Shown: positions 14,068 to 25,465 of the stretch, piece by piece
Numbering within the stretch: position 1 is the stretch's first letter
Layout: every line of letters starts with the position of its first letter
DNA from: Squalus acanthias
Taxonomy: Eukaryota
Direction of reading: 5' to 3'
Assembly: GCA_030390025.1 (NCBI GenBank)
Contig: CM059432.1
Coordinates: forward strand, 19,532,001 to 19,596,000
Length of the DNA stretch: 64,000 bases
Translations under genes and position numbers: made by a program
Notes under the pieces: generated by a model
Told to the model about the DNA's origin: nothing
Seen by the model: the letters and a program-made list of their open reading frames with translations, nothing else
The model's database searches: none

Positions 14068-14490
14068 GCCTGCTCCCTCCCAGGTCGGTCCGCTCCCACT
14101 GCTACTCCCAATAGCTCGGTCTGGGCCTCGAGCCTCGGGCTTTATTTCCTCGCTCCTCCTTCACCTGCTCCCTCACAGGTCGGTCCGCTCCCACTGCTAC
14201 TCCCAATAGCTCGGTCTGGGCCTCGAGCCTCGGGCTTTATTTCCTCGCTCCTCCTTCGCCTGCTCCCTCACAGGTCGGTCCGCTCCCACTGCTACTCCCA
14301 ATAGCTCGGTCTGGGCCTCGAGCCTCGGGCTTTATTTCCTCGCTCCTCCTTCGCCTGCTCCCTCACAGGTCGGTCCGCTCCCGCTGCTGCTCCCAATAGC
14401 TCAGTCTGGGCCTCGAGCCTCGGGCTTTATTTCCTCGCTCCTCCTTCGCCTGCTCCCTCACAGGTCGGTCCGCTCCCGCTGCTGCTCCCA
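14068..14490 (-). repeat. 95-bp tandem monomer array (~4.4 copies) in the CR1 5' UTR
   Basis: CAGGTCGGTC recurs at 14081, 14176, 14271, 14366 and 14461. Copies are nearly identical. Confidence 0.95.
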
Positions 14491-16596
14491 ACAGCCAATG
14501 AAGTACTTTTGGAGTGTAGTCAATATTGTAATGTGGGAAACGCGGCAGCCAATTAACACACAGCAAGCTCCCACAAACAGCAATGTGCTAATGACCTGAT
14601 AATCTGTTTTTGTTATGTTGATTGAGGGATAAATATTGGCCAGGGCACAGGGGATAACTCCCCTGCTCTTTTTCGAAATAGTGTCATGGGATCTTTGACG
14701 TCCACCTGAGCGAGCAGGCGGGGCCTCGGTTTAACGTCTCATCCGAAAGATGGCACCTCCGACAGTGCAGCACTCCCTCAGCACTGCACTGGAGTGTCAG
14801 TCTAGATTTTTGTGTTCAAGTCCCTGGAGTGGGACTTTGAACCCACAACCTTCTGACTCAGAGGTGAGTGTGCTACCCGCTGAGCCACAGCTGACACTGT
14901 GGACTTAAGGTCCATTAATTTGGCTACTCTATGTTGAATTCTATTGGGCGAAAGGCACGCAGCAACAAAATTACATTGGAGTACTAAATGCTTTAAGACC
15001 CTGATCTAATTATATGAATGATTAATATTAATCATTACTGCTCTCGTGTGAAACAGATGGGAGCACTGGCCGTCTAAATCAAGGGTGGTGGAAAATCACA
15101 ATCAGGCAGGCCTTGGGTGGCAGGTCAGTGAAAACAAAAGCATCGTTTCACCCATTCAGACTGAAAATGAGGGTGGTAGTGGGACAAAAATCAACCGGCT
15201 GTCTTTCGGATGAGATGTTAAACCGTGGCCCTATCTGCCTGTTCAACTGTATGTAAAAGATCCCATGGCACTATTTGAAGAAGAGGAGAGCGCTGTCCTG
15301 GTGTCCTGCCAATATTCCTCCCTCAAGCGGCACCATCAGAAACAGATCAACTGGTCATTTCGCTTATGGCTATTTGTGGGATCTTGCTGTACATTAATTG
15401 GCTGCTGTGTGTTTGCCTACATAACTGTGAATGGACTTCACAAATAACTTATTGGCTGTGAAGCACTCTGCAATGTCCAGAGGATGTAGAAAGGCACTAT
15501 AACCGAAAGTTCCTTCGTTTCTTTTAATGTAATTAAAGACATTTCAGATATGCTCCCTGAATTAACAAACATAGCGGTTCAGATTCCTAATTAAAGATCT
15601 ACATTGAAAAGTAGATAAGGTCACTAATTTAACAGAGGCACAATTACCCAATTACAGGATGCTTGAGAAGCATACAGAAAACTGAAAAGAATTTATCAGG
15701 ATTAGTACCGAACTATTAGGTTTGTTTTGTGAAGATTACTTACAAACTTCCCATAACCCGCTAAAGGACATTGAACAAATAATTTAGTTAAGTGCATTCA
15801 GATTTCAGTAAATACATATTTAAATCTGAGTTAATGTTGATATAATATTGGAGTATAAAGGTATCAAAACAGATAAAAGATCCTCATTGTTCATCTCATA
15901 AATACTCAAGGGAATGATACTTATTGTTGACTTTCTGGAACCATCATTTTGTAATGTGTTACGTAACGAATGTTATGACAAAGAGTTCAGTTATTAATGA
16001 AGCATTGTTACTCTCTATTGTAAGCCTTAAGAGAATCCTGCAGAATCAGGACAAAGGCAGAAACATACAACGTCAGTACTGATTCTGCAGGATTATCCTC
16101 AATATTCTATCTCCTTCCTTGAAACTGGTAAACTTGGGTTATATTTCCTGGAGATGAGGTTAAGGGGTGATCTGATTGAGCTGTTTAAAATAAATAAGTA
16201 AATTAGTAAGGTAGCTAGGGAACAACCCTTCCATCGCAGAGAATCCAGAGTTAGGAAATCATTTAATTTAGGGAGTAGAAAATAATTTTCAACGGTGTGT
16301 TAGTGTAATGGTTATGGTAATAGACTAGAAACCCAGAGGGGGTGAAATTGGATTAGGCCCGAAAACGGGCGCGCGCGCGTTCAAAGTGGTGCAGGCAGCC
16401 CGCAAAATTTGTGCTGCCTGCTCATTAAGATGATTGGAGCACCGAGCTCAGCGCTAAATGCGCTGCTGCTTGGCTCAGCGCTCAAGAAAGGGCCCAATAT
16501 CGGGTGCACTCTACTGGCCAATAAAATTTTGCCTACACTCTCTGCACTTCTTAAAGGCGAGGTGCTTTGTTGCAGAAGCACCTCATTGTCACTGTG

Positions 16597-17650
16597 GATG
16601 CAGCCATGTCGCAACAGAGAAGAGAAATGGCATGGGGCTTCTCAGATGCAGCACTGTAGGCCTTGGTCCAGGGGGTACACAGAAGGTCCTCTAACCGTAA
16701 GGGGCAGGAGGCCTTCCAGACAGAATGCCAGAAGGCAGTGGGAGAAAATAGCCCAAGCCGTCAGTGCCACGAGTGTTGCCGCCAGGACCTGGATCCAGTG
16801 CCGCAAGAAGTTTAATGACCTCACGAGTGGTCAAGGTCAGCGACTTCATCTTCAAATGCCATATCCCACCAACTGCACCACCAGCCTCATACACTGCTGA
16901 ATGCACCACACCCCCATCACTCACCTACCAACAATCTCTAGCAATCACCACTCATACCTCACAATCATAGCTTCTCCACATCCACACAAACTTACCACTT
17001 TTGCAAGCCTCACACTCACATCTTGCACATAATGTCAGCTATTCAACCATGACAGGCACACCATCCAAACACATTGCACCACACTCACTGACACACTTTT
17101 CTTTCTCTTGCAGGTCGAGGTGGTTCACAACCAACGTGAGCAGCAGCAGACAGGCTGGGGTGAAGCATGTATGTAGAACCTTACTGCTCTGGAGAAGACT
17201 GCGCTGGAGATATTGGAGGGGCCGTCACTGAGGCCGTGGCGAGCGGTGAAGTTGAAAGCATTGCTGATGACGGTATGCTCATACCAAATCCTCCTCACAT
17301 CCCAATTCCCCCTCGTCACGCAATCTCTTCTCACTTACAAGCTGTTGATGGTGTAAGCATGCGTATCTTTATTCCCACCCCCCCTCCACTCACCACAACC
17401 CGACCCTTGTGCCTTTCTCCTTTCAGATACCAAAGAACTGCCAGCAGCCCAGTCTGTCTCTGACCAAGTAGAGGAGGAGATGGAGAAGAGGCACCGTCAC
17501 TCGATCTGACACTCCCAGGCACCAGCTCAGAAAATGTCACTATGTGAACTTTAGAGGGGAGTATAGAGGCAGGATCTATACATGGTGAGTCATCGGTAAC
17601 GGGTGGACAGCAGCCAGGCCAGGGTAAAAGGGTAGTTTAGGTGCCAGCTA
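16597..17650 (+). pseudogene. Harbinger Myb/SANT-like DNA-binding protein (degraded, intron-containing)
   Basis: RRQWEKIAQAVSATSVAARTWIQCRKKFNDLT motif. Pyrimidine-rich acceptors near 17112 (TTCTCTTGCAG) and 17427 (CTTTCAG). Confidence 0.8.
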
Positions 17651-17695
17651 TGGTAAAGTGGGGAACTGGTGAGCAACAGGGATCTGGGCTTTCAT

Positions 17696-18194
17696 TCATT
17701 GGAACCAACGTCTGATGAGGTGCTCAAGGACAGCCTGTCCAGAATGGGGATCGGCTGCCTGCCTTCTCCCTTCTTCCTGATCCTCCTCTTCCTCCTCCTG
17801 AGGTGGTCGCGGAACCAGTGGTAGCAAGGGCTGCGTCCGCATGATGACCAAGTTGTGGAGGATGCAGCAGACCACCACGAATAGGGACGCCCGCTCCAGT
17901 GTGTACTGGAGGGCTCCTCCAGTGCGGTCAAGGCAGCGGAACTGTTGCTTTACCACCCCGGATGGTCTGCTCGATGAGGTTCTTCGTGGCAGCATGGCTG
18001 TCATTATATGACTGCTGGCCACAAGTGATGGGGTTGCAGAGGCGAGTGATCAGCCAGGGGTAGAGCGGATAGCCCTTATCTCCGAGCAGCCACCCTCGGG
18101 TTCGACGTGTTGGCTGGAAAATTGCTGGCACACTGACCTGGCGCAGGATGAAGGCATCATGACTGCTGCCAGGATATTGGGCATTCACCATCAT
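17696..18194 (-). pseudogene. Harbinger (HARBI1-like) DDE nuclease, C-terminal half, frameshifted
   Basis: YPGSSHDAFILR, WLLGDKGYP, YN.SHAAT.NLIEQTI, KQQFRCLDRTGGALQY, VVVCCILHNL. Confidence 0.92.
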
Positions 18195-21169
18195 GATGTG
18201 CTCCCTTTGCGAGCAGCTTGTCCTCTTCTTTGCTGCCTCTGCTCCGTCTCCCTGTCATGCTCCAGCGTGAGGGGGACTGCAAGTAGGGCCCCCATGAGTG
18301 GTCTGAGCAAAACCCTTGAATTCAGAAGCAAGGCCTTCTTCACTTGCAGCACCACTCCCTGTCACCTCACCAACATTAAATAACAGTAGAATGCTCCAAA
18401 CAGTTGCACAAAGTTACACAGAGCCAGTAGAAATCAAAAAGCAAGTTACCTGAAAGTTGTTGATGATCCCTTTAAGTATTGCTGTTGGGGGGGGGGGTCC
18501 CTCATGCAGCCGAACACACGTTCAGCTGTGAGTGCTTTGGAGAGGGCGTGCAGTCGAGCGGCAACATCCAAAATAGTAGGTCATGCGTCAAATCAGCGTA
18601 CCACGCTGATTGACGTCACGATCTGCCTCATTCACATTCTTCTGGCGAACGCAGGCAACGGCCGCGCTACCGACTTGGGCAAAATGCCGACCGCCGTGGC
18701 CCACACCGGAAGTGGCCGGAGTGAAGCGGCTGCCATTTTTCTGCTGAAACTGCCCTTAAATGCCGGCGCTAAGTGGGGTAATTTTGTGGCCAGAGTGTTT
18801 AAAGCCCACCACAGCAACGCGTGAAATGGACTTCAAAACTATATTTGCTACTCTTCCCCCACCCCCCCCCCCCACCCTCTTGCCCACCAAGCCAAACCTG
18901 CCCCCCAGGCTCCCCCACCTGAGCCTTGAACTCACATCTTTCTCTAGTTTCTCTCCCCATATGCTCTCTCTCAGCTTATTTCGTTCTCGAGACCTACTTC
19001 CTGCTCATTCCCATGAAACTGCTGCCCACCCAACTTCCCTTCCTGGGTCCCCAGATGCTAGATGATCCTCTTTAGACACCAATCTCCATTCATAAGACTG
19101 CACTGTAAAGCCTGAATCGCTAACCCTGTAAACAGAGTCAAGAATCATTCTGGATCTCCCGCTAGCAGATGCATGGCCTTTAGCACCAGCCGTCATTAGC
19201 TCCTTCTCACCCCTGCAATGTGACTCATCTTATGCTGCTTCCTCAGTCTCAGTGCTTTATTTTTTCCACAGTGGGAGTAGCCGTGCTGGTGCTTGGCAGA
19301 AGTGTCGATAGGGATGCAAGTTGCTGCGAGGTGCTAGCTTGACTGATGTACTGGTAACGGCAGGAGTCTGGTCCTCCATTTCTTTTTTTTAAAAAGGGAG
19401 ACAAAATGGCCTCAGAAGTAACCACCTCCAAGCAATACTTTAATTACAAGATACCCTCTGTGATGTTACTCAAGTTGAGTGCGTGCCTGTGTCACTCAAT
19501 AACCTTACAGGTCACGAGAATTATTGTTCTAGTATAAGCTTAGGAAAGCTTCCAGATTCACCGAGCTCCACTTTTTCATTGCTCTCTCAGGAATAACATC
19601 AATTGAAAGGGGTCAGTAGCTTATAAATGTTGTTTGCGGATATTGGATTATACACAGAGCAGTGACAATGTCCCAAAGCTGCGCAGACATTTTTCTTAAA
19701 AACTTATTAGGAGTCAGGCCAGATTTTATAGCCCATCAATAAGTGATTGTTTCACAGCCGAGGCCACTTCACAAGTCATTAAGGGCCACCCACATGGTGC
19801 AGTAATGGAGTCAGATGGAGGGGACACGTTCCTATCCCTGAAGAACATTAGCAAACTAGTTGGATCATTTCCCCCACCCCCAGTGCTAGATTTATGTAGT
19901 TCAATTGCTCAACTTGCTACTGATGGGATTTGAACTCACGAACACGAGATTGCTATACCAACTGTAGGTGGAAGATTAATATTCCTTGTGAAGCCTTTAA
20001 GAAGTGTCGCTGTGTACGCAACATAATTTAGTAGATCAGACACATTCTAAGTGTCCCTATTCATATAAAGCATTCCTTGCTCTGCTGCTTTTCTGCCACT
20101 GCTGCATCTATCTAATCTCCTGTTACTGCTCATCTTCCAGCTTGAGATGGGTCTCTTGAAATTTGGGATCAGCAAACTCCAAATTCACACATGTATGCAC
20201 TAAATTCCCACAATGCAAATCAACACATTTTGGATATGGAACTTTTTTTGTTGAGTCATTTATATTGTTATCCTTACTCACTTGAAAGAGGAAAAAAAGA
20301 ACTGGGATTTCTATCGTGCCTTTCACAACCTCAGGATGTCCCAAAGTGCTTCACAGCCAACGGAGCACTTTTGAAGTGTGGTGGTCACTGTTGTAATGTA
20401 GGAACAATTGCTGTCCTACTTTGCAGTGTTTGGTACCTACAATCAGCAGCAATTGAACATTGCAAATCTGCATTGACAAGCTGACAAAAGAAATGTGAGT
20501 TAGCAACAGGGTGTCCACCTCTGCTTTGCTTTTCTCTACCTGAAAGGCAACATTACTGCACTAACAGCTGTCGTACTCAGCCTTCTACTATTGCAAGGGC
20601 TGAAATGTTACCTCAAGGGTTTAAATGGATGCTTAGTGCACTTAACAAGTGCTACTCTGTGTTAATTAATAGGCCTCCTCATTGGCTGGTCCACTGTGTG
20701 GGTGTTAAAGCACATTTTAGCAACTCCAACTAAAATCAGTAAAATGAGGTGTTAACCAGCTTCTTTTGTCTCATTTAAAAAACATAAAATGATGCTGAAT
20801 TAAGCCTTGATGAGCACGTCAACAGTAATTTCCAGGCTACTCCCTCTGTTCCTTGTTGCCATAAAAATTATTTTATACTTATGCGCATTAATCTGCCACC
20901 TATTGGCCTTGTTATTTAAAAGATCTAAAGGCTCTGATCCTGGGTGCATTGTTCCCCATTAGTTGCCCTACCTTTGCTGACCTGGAGATTTTGATTATTA
21001 AACCTTTGTCCAAGTTAGTAATTTGTATAAAACGATAAGATTTTGGAAATCCAAAATAAGATGCTTGAATTGTGTAAGCATTAGCGTTTGAAAAATCTGT
21101 TACCACCCGGCCCTAATAAAATGATAACATCTTTCTCTTTCACATACTAACTTTCACTTCATTGCCCGA

Positions 21170-21605
21170 ATTCTTTCACAAGCTCAGGATCTCACAAAGC
21201 TCTTTGCAGCCAATGAAATACTTTTGAAGCGGAGCCACTGTTATAATGTAGGAAACGCGGCACCCAGTTGTGCACAGCAAGCTCCCACAAACAGCAATGT
21301 GATACTGACCAGAAAATCTGTTTTTTGTTAATTGAGGGATAAATATTGACCAGGACACCGGGGATAACTCCCCTGCTCTTCTTCGAAATAGTGCCATGGG
21401 ACCTTTTACATCCACCTGAGAGAGCAGACAAGGCCTCGGTTTAACATCTCATCCGAAAGACAGCACCTCTGACAGTCCAGCACTCCCTCAGCACTGCAAT
21501 GCAGTGTCAGCCTAGATTATTGTGCACAAGTCTCTGCAGTGGGATTTAAACCCACAACCTTCTGGCTCAGAGGTGAGAGAGCTACCCATTGAGCCACAGC
21601 TGATA
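21170..21605 (-). mobile_element. Deu-domain SINE, near full length
   Basis: Reverse-complement match to 58335-58800, including the tRNA-like head. Confidence 0.88.
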
Positions 21606-21644
21606 CATTGCCTTTGTGCTTGGCAAATATATTTTGGTTACGAG

Positions 21645-21945
21645 CATAAGAAATAGGAGCAGGAGTAGGCTATACGGCCCCTCGAGCCTGCTCCGCCATT
21701 CAATAAGATCATGGCTGAACTTCTACCTCAACTCCACTTTCCCACACTATCCCCATATCCCTTGATTCTTTTAGTGTCCAAAAATCTATCGATTTAATTC
21801 TTGAATATACTCAATGACTGAGCCTCCACAACCTTCTGGCGTAGAGAATTCCAAAGATTCACAACCCTCTGACTGAACAAATTTCTCCTCATGTCAGTAC
21901 TAAATGGACGACCCCTTATCCTGAGACAGTGACCCGTCGTTCTAG
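21645..21945 (-). mobile_element. CR1 3' fragment
   Basis: RTTGHCLRIRGRPF..DMRRNLFSQRVVNLWNSL plus the CR1 tail. Confidence 0.85.
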
Positions 21946-22256
21946 ATTGTATTTTGGTTTGTCCGCAAACAAATAATGAAGTGTAAATCATATCAAAACA
22001 TATGGTCATATTACCTGTAGGTGACAGCAGCATCATGCCAGAGGCGGTGCACAGCTCTCATTGTTCTTCTTCCTCCCTAATCACACAAAGATCAAAGGCT
22101 TTACAATTGAACACAGCGCCCGTTAAAACCCCAGATCTGTGGCTTGTTCCCATTTCATTTATTTCAAAAGAAGGTGGTAAGTAAAGTTAAAGATTGTATC
22201 AATACAAACTGACTGGGAATGATGGTTCTGACCAACGGTTATCGACCAGAAATGTT

Positions 22257-25200
22257 GGGCTGGATTTTGCCAGTGTGGGCGGGCTGGGGCGTGTCAGGTG
22301 GAAATCGTGTCAGGACCCCGACTCCTAAGTGAAGTGTTGAAAAAGAGGGATTTTCCCCTAATTGAGCAATTGATTTCCTGCATGTGGAAACCCCTGGCCC
22401 AATGAGTCTTTTCATACAGAAAGTCGCCTCCGATGACGTCACCAATGCTGCTGGATTTAAGGCCTGTAAGCAGCCTTGCTTCTTCTGGAGACTGCAAACG
22501 CTTTGCAAATTGTATGAAGGAGTTGATTTCCCGACAATGTCCACGATCAAGCAAAAGTGTGCACCTCGGTTTGATGAGCCCTCCCTCCAAGCTCTGGTGC
22601 ACGGAGCCAGATGTAATAAGGAGGTGCTGTTCCCTTTCTCAGGGAGAAAAAAGCCACCCCAGCAGACAAAAGCTGTATGGCTGCAAGTGGCCGAGGAGGT
22701 CAACTCCATTTCGCTGAGCCGCAGAACCTGGCTGCAATGCAGGAAGAGGTTTCATGACCTTCTCCGCACAGGAAAAGTGAGTATGACTTTCCCATCACCC
22801 TCAAAATGATCCCCATCGCCTCTCCTCACCAACACTCTGCTTTGCCAACCTCTTCCTTCACATCCCACTTGACACTTACATCCCTGCACCCTTAACAATT
22901 CCCTCTCTCTCTATGGTCACATTCACTTAACTATTCTACCATGCAGCCCTCACACTCCCTATCACTGTGATGCAATGACAACAACAAAACTTACAACATA
23001 CAGGGAGGGTTCTTTGTATCCTTCTAAGCATCTATGCTATGGATTCTCTACACTCACTCCTTCATTCTCACTCAAACTCCACTTGTGTCCGTCATTGCAG
23101 GAAAAGAGAGCCCACAATAAGAGGGAAAGAGCCATGACAGGAGGAGGGCCACCCTCAGTAGCCCAGCTCACCACCTCGGAGGAGGCGGCCCTGGAAATCG
23201 CTGGGATCGAGGATGATACCCAACTAGGGGACGGACAGATGGGCACATCGCAGCAAGCTGGTGACAGAATAGTTTGGCATCTCTCTCATTGACATTGCAT
23301 GAGTCACTGATAATGAATCTGATGCTTTAACAGATTGACTTATGATCATCTGCACTATTCAATGTGCATGTAACCTTGACCTCACATCTCTAACTCTTTC
23401 CTTTACTCCTCCACAGGACCATCGAGAACCCCTGTCCCCACTGTCCAGGAGGAAGAGCCTGAGCTTCCAGACTCCTCAGAGGAAGCTGCAACCTCTGAGG
23501 GCGCAGCGTCAGCAGAATTCAGCGCACCCAGCACCAGCGCAGACACTCACACCTCGGTGGGACCTTCGCGAGATGGAGTAGTGTTGGCACCTGGTGTATC
23601 ACAGCTCACAAGTGAGCATCAGCAGATGGTGGAGACAGGGTCAGCAGTGGAGAGTCCTCGTCGGAGGGCGCGGGACCTTGCCAGCTCGGCTCAGCTGCAT
23701 GTCGACCCTGTGCCTCCGGGTGCATCCAGAAGGAGAGCGGTGCTGGAACTCCAGGAGCAGGTGCAGGAGTCTCTGGCAGGTTTTGTCTCCAGGGTCGCTG
23801 CGAGTGTGGAGTGAATGGAGGAGTCCATCGCTAACATGAGCAGAGCCTTTGTGGAGGCATTGGCGCATGAACGCATCACCGCGGAAAGGATGGCAACCTC
23901 CTTGGAAAGGATGGCTAACTCTGTGGTAAGGCTGGCTACCGTAGAGGAGAGGATGGCTACGGTAGAGGAGAGGATGGCTACAGCCATGGAGGAGCTTAGT
24001 CACCAGGGTATGGAAAACATGGTAATTGTTCAGACTAGAATGACATCTCTTGAGGAGCGATGGTCAGCTATTGAGCATACAAACCAGACCTTCATGGTAG
24101 TCCTCTGGAGTAGGACTTCCAGTGCAGAAACGGGTCCTCATGGCCCCCCTGAAGTGCAGCAAGGTGCTGTCAAGCCACTTTCTAGCTCTGAAGTGGGCTG
24201 ACCCATGAGAGGGATGTTGGTGGCAGAGAACAAGGAAGTGGGGGCTCCTCTCCAAGCGCTCACACGACCATGCCACTGCAGAGCCCTCGGTCAGAGCCCC
24301 ACCAGAGTCCTCACCCAACTGAGATGGGCGTCTCAGCCCCTGCACAGCCGCAGGAGCAGCAGACTGTTGCCGAGCCCTCACAGGCTCGCAACCCCAGAGG
24401 ATGGCCACCAAAGGCATCGAGACAGGAGCAGCAAGAAAGTGAGCAAGGGGCCTCCACATCTGCTGAAGCCACAGGGGAAGCACCATGTAGGAGCACGCGT
24501 AAGAGGAAGATAAAGTCACAAGGGTAGTCACTTGGGTGCTGTGATGTTTTATATTTGGACCAGCCATCATTGTCATTGTGTTATAAACAGATTTGATGGC
24601 AAACCGTTGAAGTTGTGGCCTGTGTCATTTCACAAATGGGACTCTCACATTGAGGGCTTAGGGCGCCTTGCAATTGTCAGTATGGTGGTCAGAGTGATAG
24701 GAATCCGTAGGTTCCTGTCCATTGTCGATGCTCTGGTAAGAAGGTGCGAGACAAAAGTGTTTGATTGTGCAGGCTCACCAAATCTGGCCAAGATGAGTGC
24801 ATCCCTTGCATCCCGGGCAGCAATGCTGGCTCCTTCCGGCCTGTGCAGCTTCAGGTGGGTGACTAGCAGCTTGGCGCTCCTGTTGATGCTCCTGCTGTTG
24901 GTGCTGCTGTTGCTCATGGTTCTGCTGCTGCCGCGGCTGATCTTCGTCTGAATCTGATGTCCAGGAGGAAAGGAATTAAATGGTCGCCATGCTTCTGGTA
25001 TATGCCTCAGTTGAGGAAGCGCTCAGTCAAGGTGGGGAGAGGGGTTTCCCAGGAGGTCACACTGGAGATGGGTGTCAGGCTCCAAACTTCCACAACAATG
25101 AGTAGGCCTGCTAAAAGTTCGCCCAGACCTGAGACAATAAAGCTCTACCACCTGCAAATGATCATCGGTGAAAACTCCTTTGTAATGGTGGAGCTGCAGC

Positions 25201-25465
25201 TGTTAGTAAGCAATCCAATTGTGAGGCCGCCAGGATTACCATGGGTGAAATGTCTAAAAATCGGAAAGGCCTCTCAAAATGGGATAATAGAGGTAATTAA
25301 GGGGCTGTTAAGGGCCTATCCCACCTCTTGGAGGAAAGGGGGTCAGAAAACACGCATTTGGGAAAATTGCTTGGAGGCGGGATCGGGCCCACCCGCCATT
25401 TTTTGCAATTTCACCACCTCACACGCCTCCAAACCCGCCTCCTCGTGCTTGGCAAAATCGAGCCC
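22257..25465. mobile_element. PIF/Harbinger element with three-exon Myb gene and internally deleted nuclease
   Basis: TIR GGGCTGGATTTTGCCA / TGGCAAAATCGAGCCC. TSD GTT/ATT. Removing it restores GAAATGTTAACTCTGTTTCTC of a PLE-type repeat (~22225-22256 + 25466-25535). Confidence 0.9.
22537..24527 (+). pseudogene. Harbinger Myb/SANT-like protein; exons 22537-22776, 23101-23260, 23417-24527
   Basis: Exon 1 MSTIKQKCAPRF...W.QVAEEVNS..RTWLQCRKRFHDL with GTGAGT donor. Exon 2 EKRAHN.RERAMTGGGP. Splice phases 0 and 1 are consistent. Exon 3 has a coiled-coil heptad region and basic RSTRKRK end, with a TGA at 23812-23814 and a later frameshift. Confidence 0.85.

Larger units (their letters stand above)
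7551..14490 (-). mobile_element. Near full-length CR1 LINE (~4.6 kb after removing the LTR insert)
   Basis: 5' tandem UTR, ORF1, ORF2 (APE + RT) and a 3' microsatellite tail (AGAAACAT repeats on +), all collinear. Confidence 0.93.
7488..14899 (-). mobile_element. Full-length Deu-domain SINE split into 7488-7550 and 14491-14899 by a CR1
   Basis: Tail AAGAAAGAAAGACTTGCATT...AAAGCGCTTTA resumes as CAGCCAATGAAGTACTTTT. tRNA-like head at ~14820-14899. Confidence 0.85.
7084..15197. mobile_element. Harbinger-type MITE (pieces 7084-~7487 and ~14900-15197)
   Basis: TIR GGGGTGATTTTTGT / ACAAAAATCAACCG. 3-bp TSD GCT at 7081-7083 and 15198-15200. Confidence 0.75.
7036..15525 (+). mobile_element. Deu-domain SINE split into 7036-7083 and 15198-15525 by nested insertions
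   Basis: Joining the halves restores GTCGGAGGT-GCT-GTCTTTCGGATGAGATG, matching the SINE at 58335. Confidence 0.8.
16338..18791. mobile_element. PIF/Harbinger element with Myb-like gene (+) and nuclease remnant (-)
   Basis: Degenerate TIRs GGGGGTGAAATT / AATTTTGTGGCC. TSD AGA at 16335-16337 and 18792-18794. Inserted in a tRNA-like SINE head. Convergent two-gene layout. Confidence 0.85.

Noticed and set aside
14068..14490. CRISPR-like array
   Set aside because: Units are contiguous near-identical 95-mers without unique spacers, there are no cas genes, and the context is a eukaryotic LINE 5' UTR.
17696..18194. Domesticated host HARBI1 gene
   Set aside because: Frameshifted, truncated and bounded by TIRs/TSD with a Myb partner, so it is a transposon copy.
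22021..22176. Possible host exon (CTGTAG ... GTAAGT)
   Set aside because: Weak polypyrimidine tract, unrecognisable translation and no partner exons found. Needs RNA evidence.
22537..24527. Functional host MSANTD/NAIF1-like gene
   Set aside because: Lies inside TIRs, has several paralogues in the window, and contains an in-frame stop and a frameshift.
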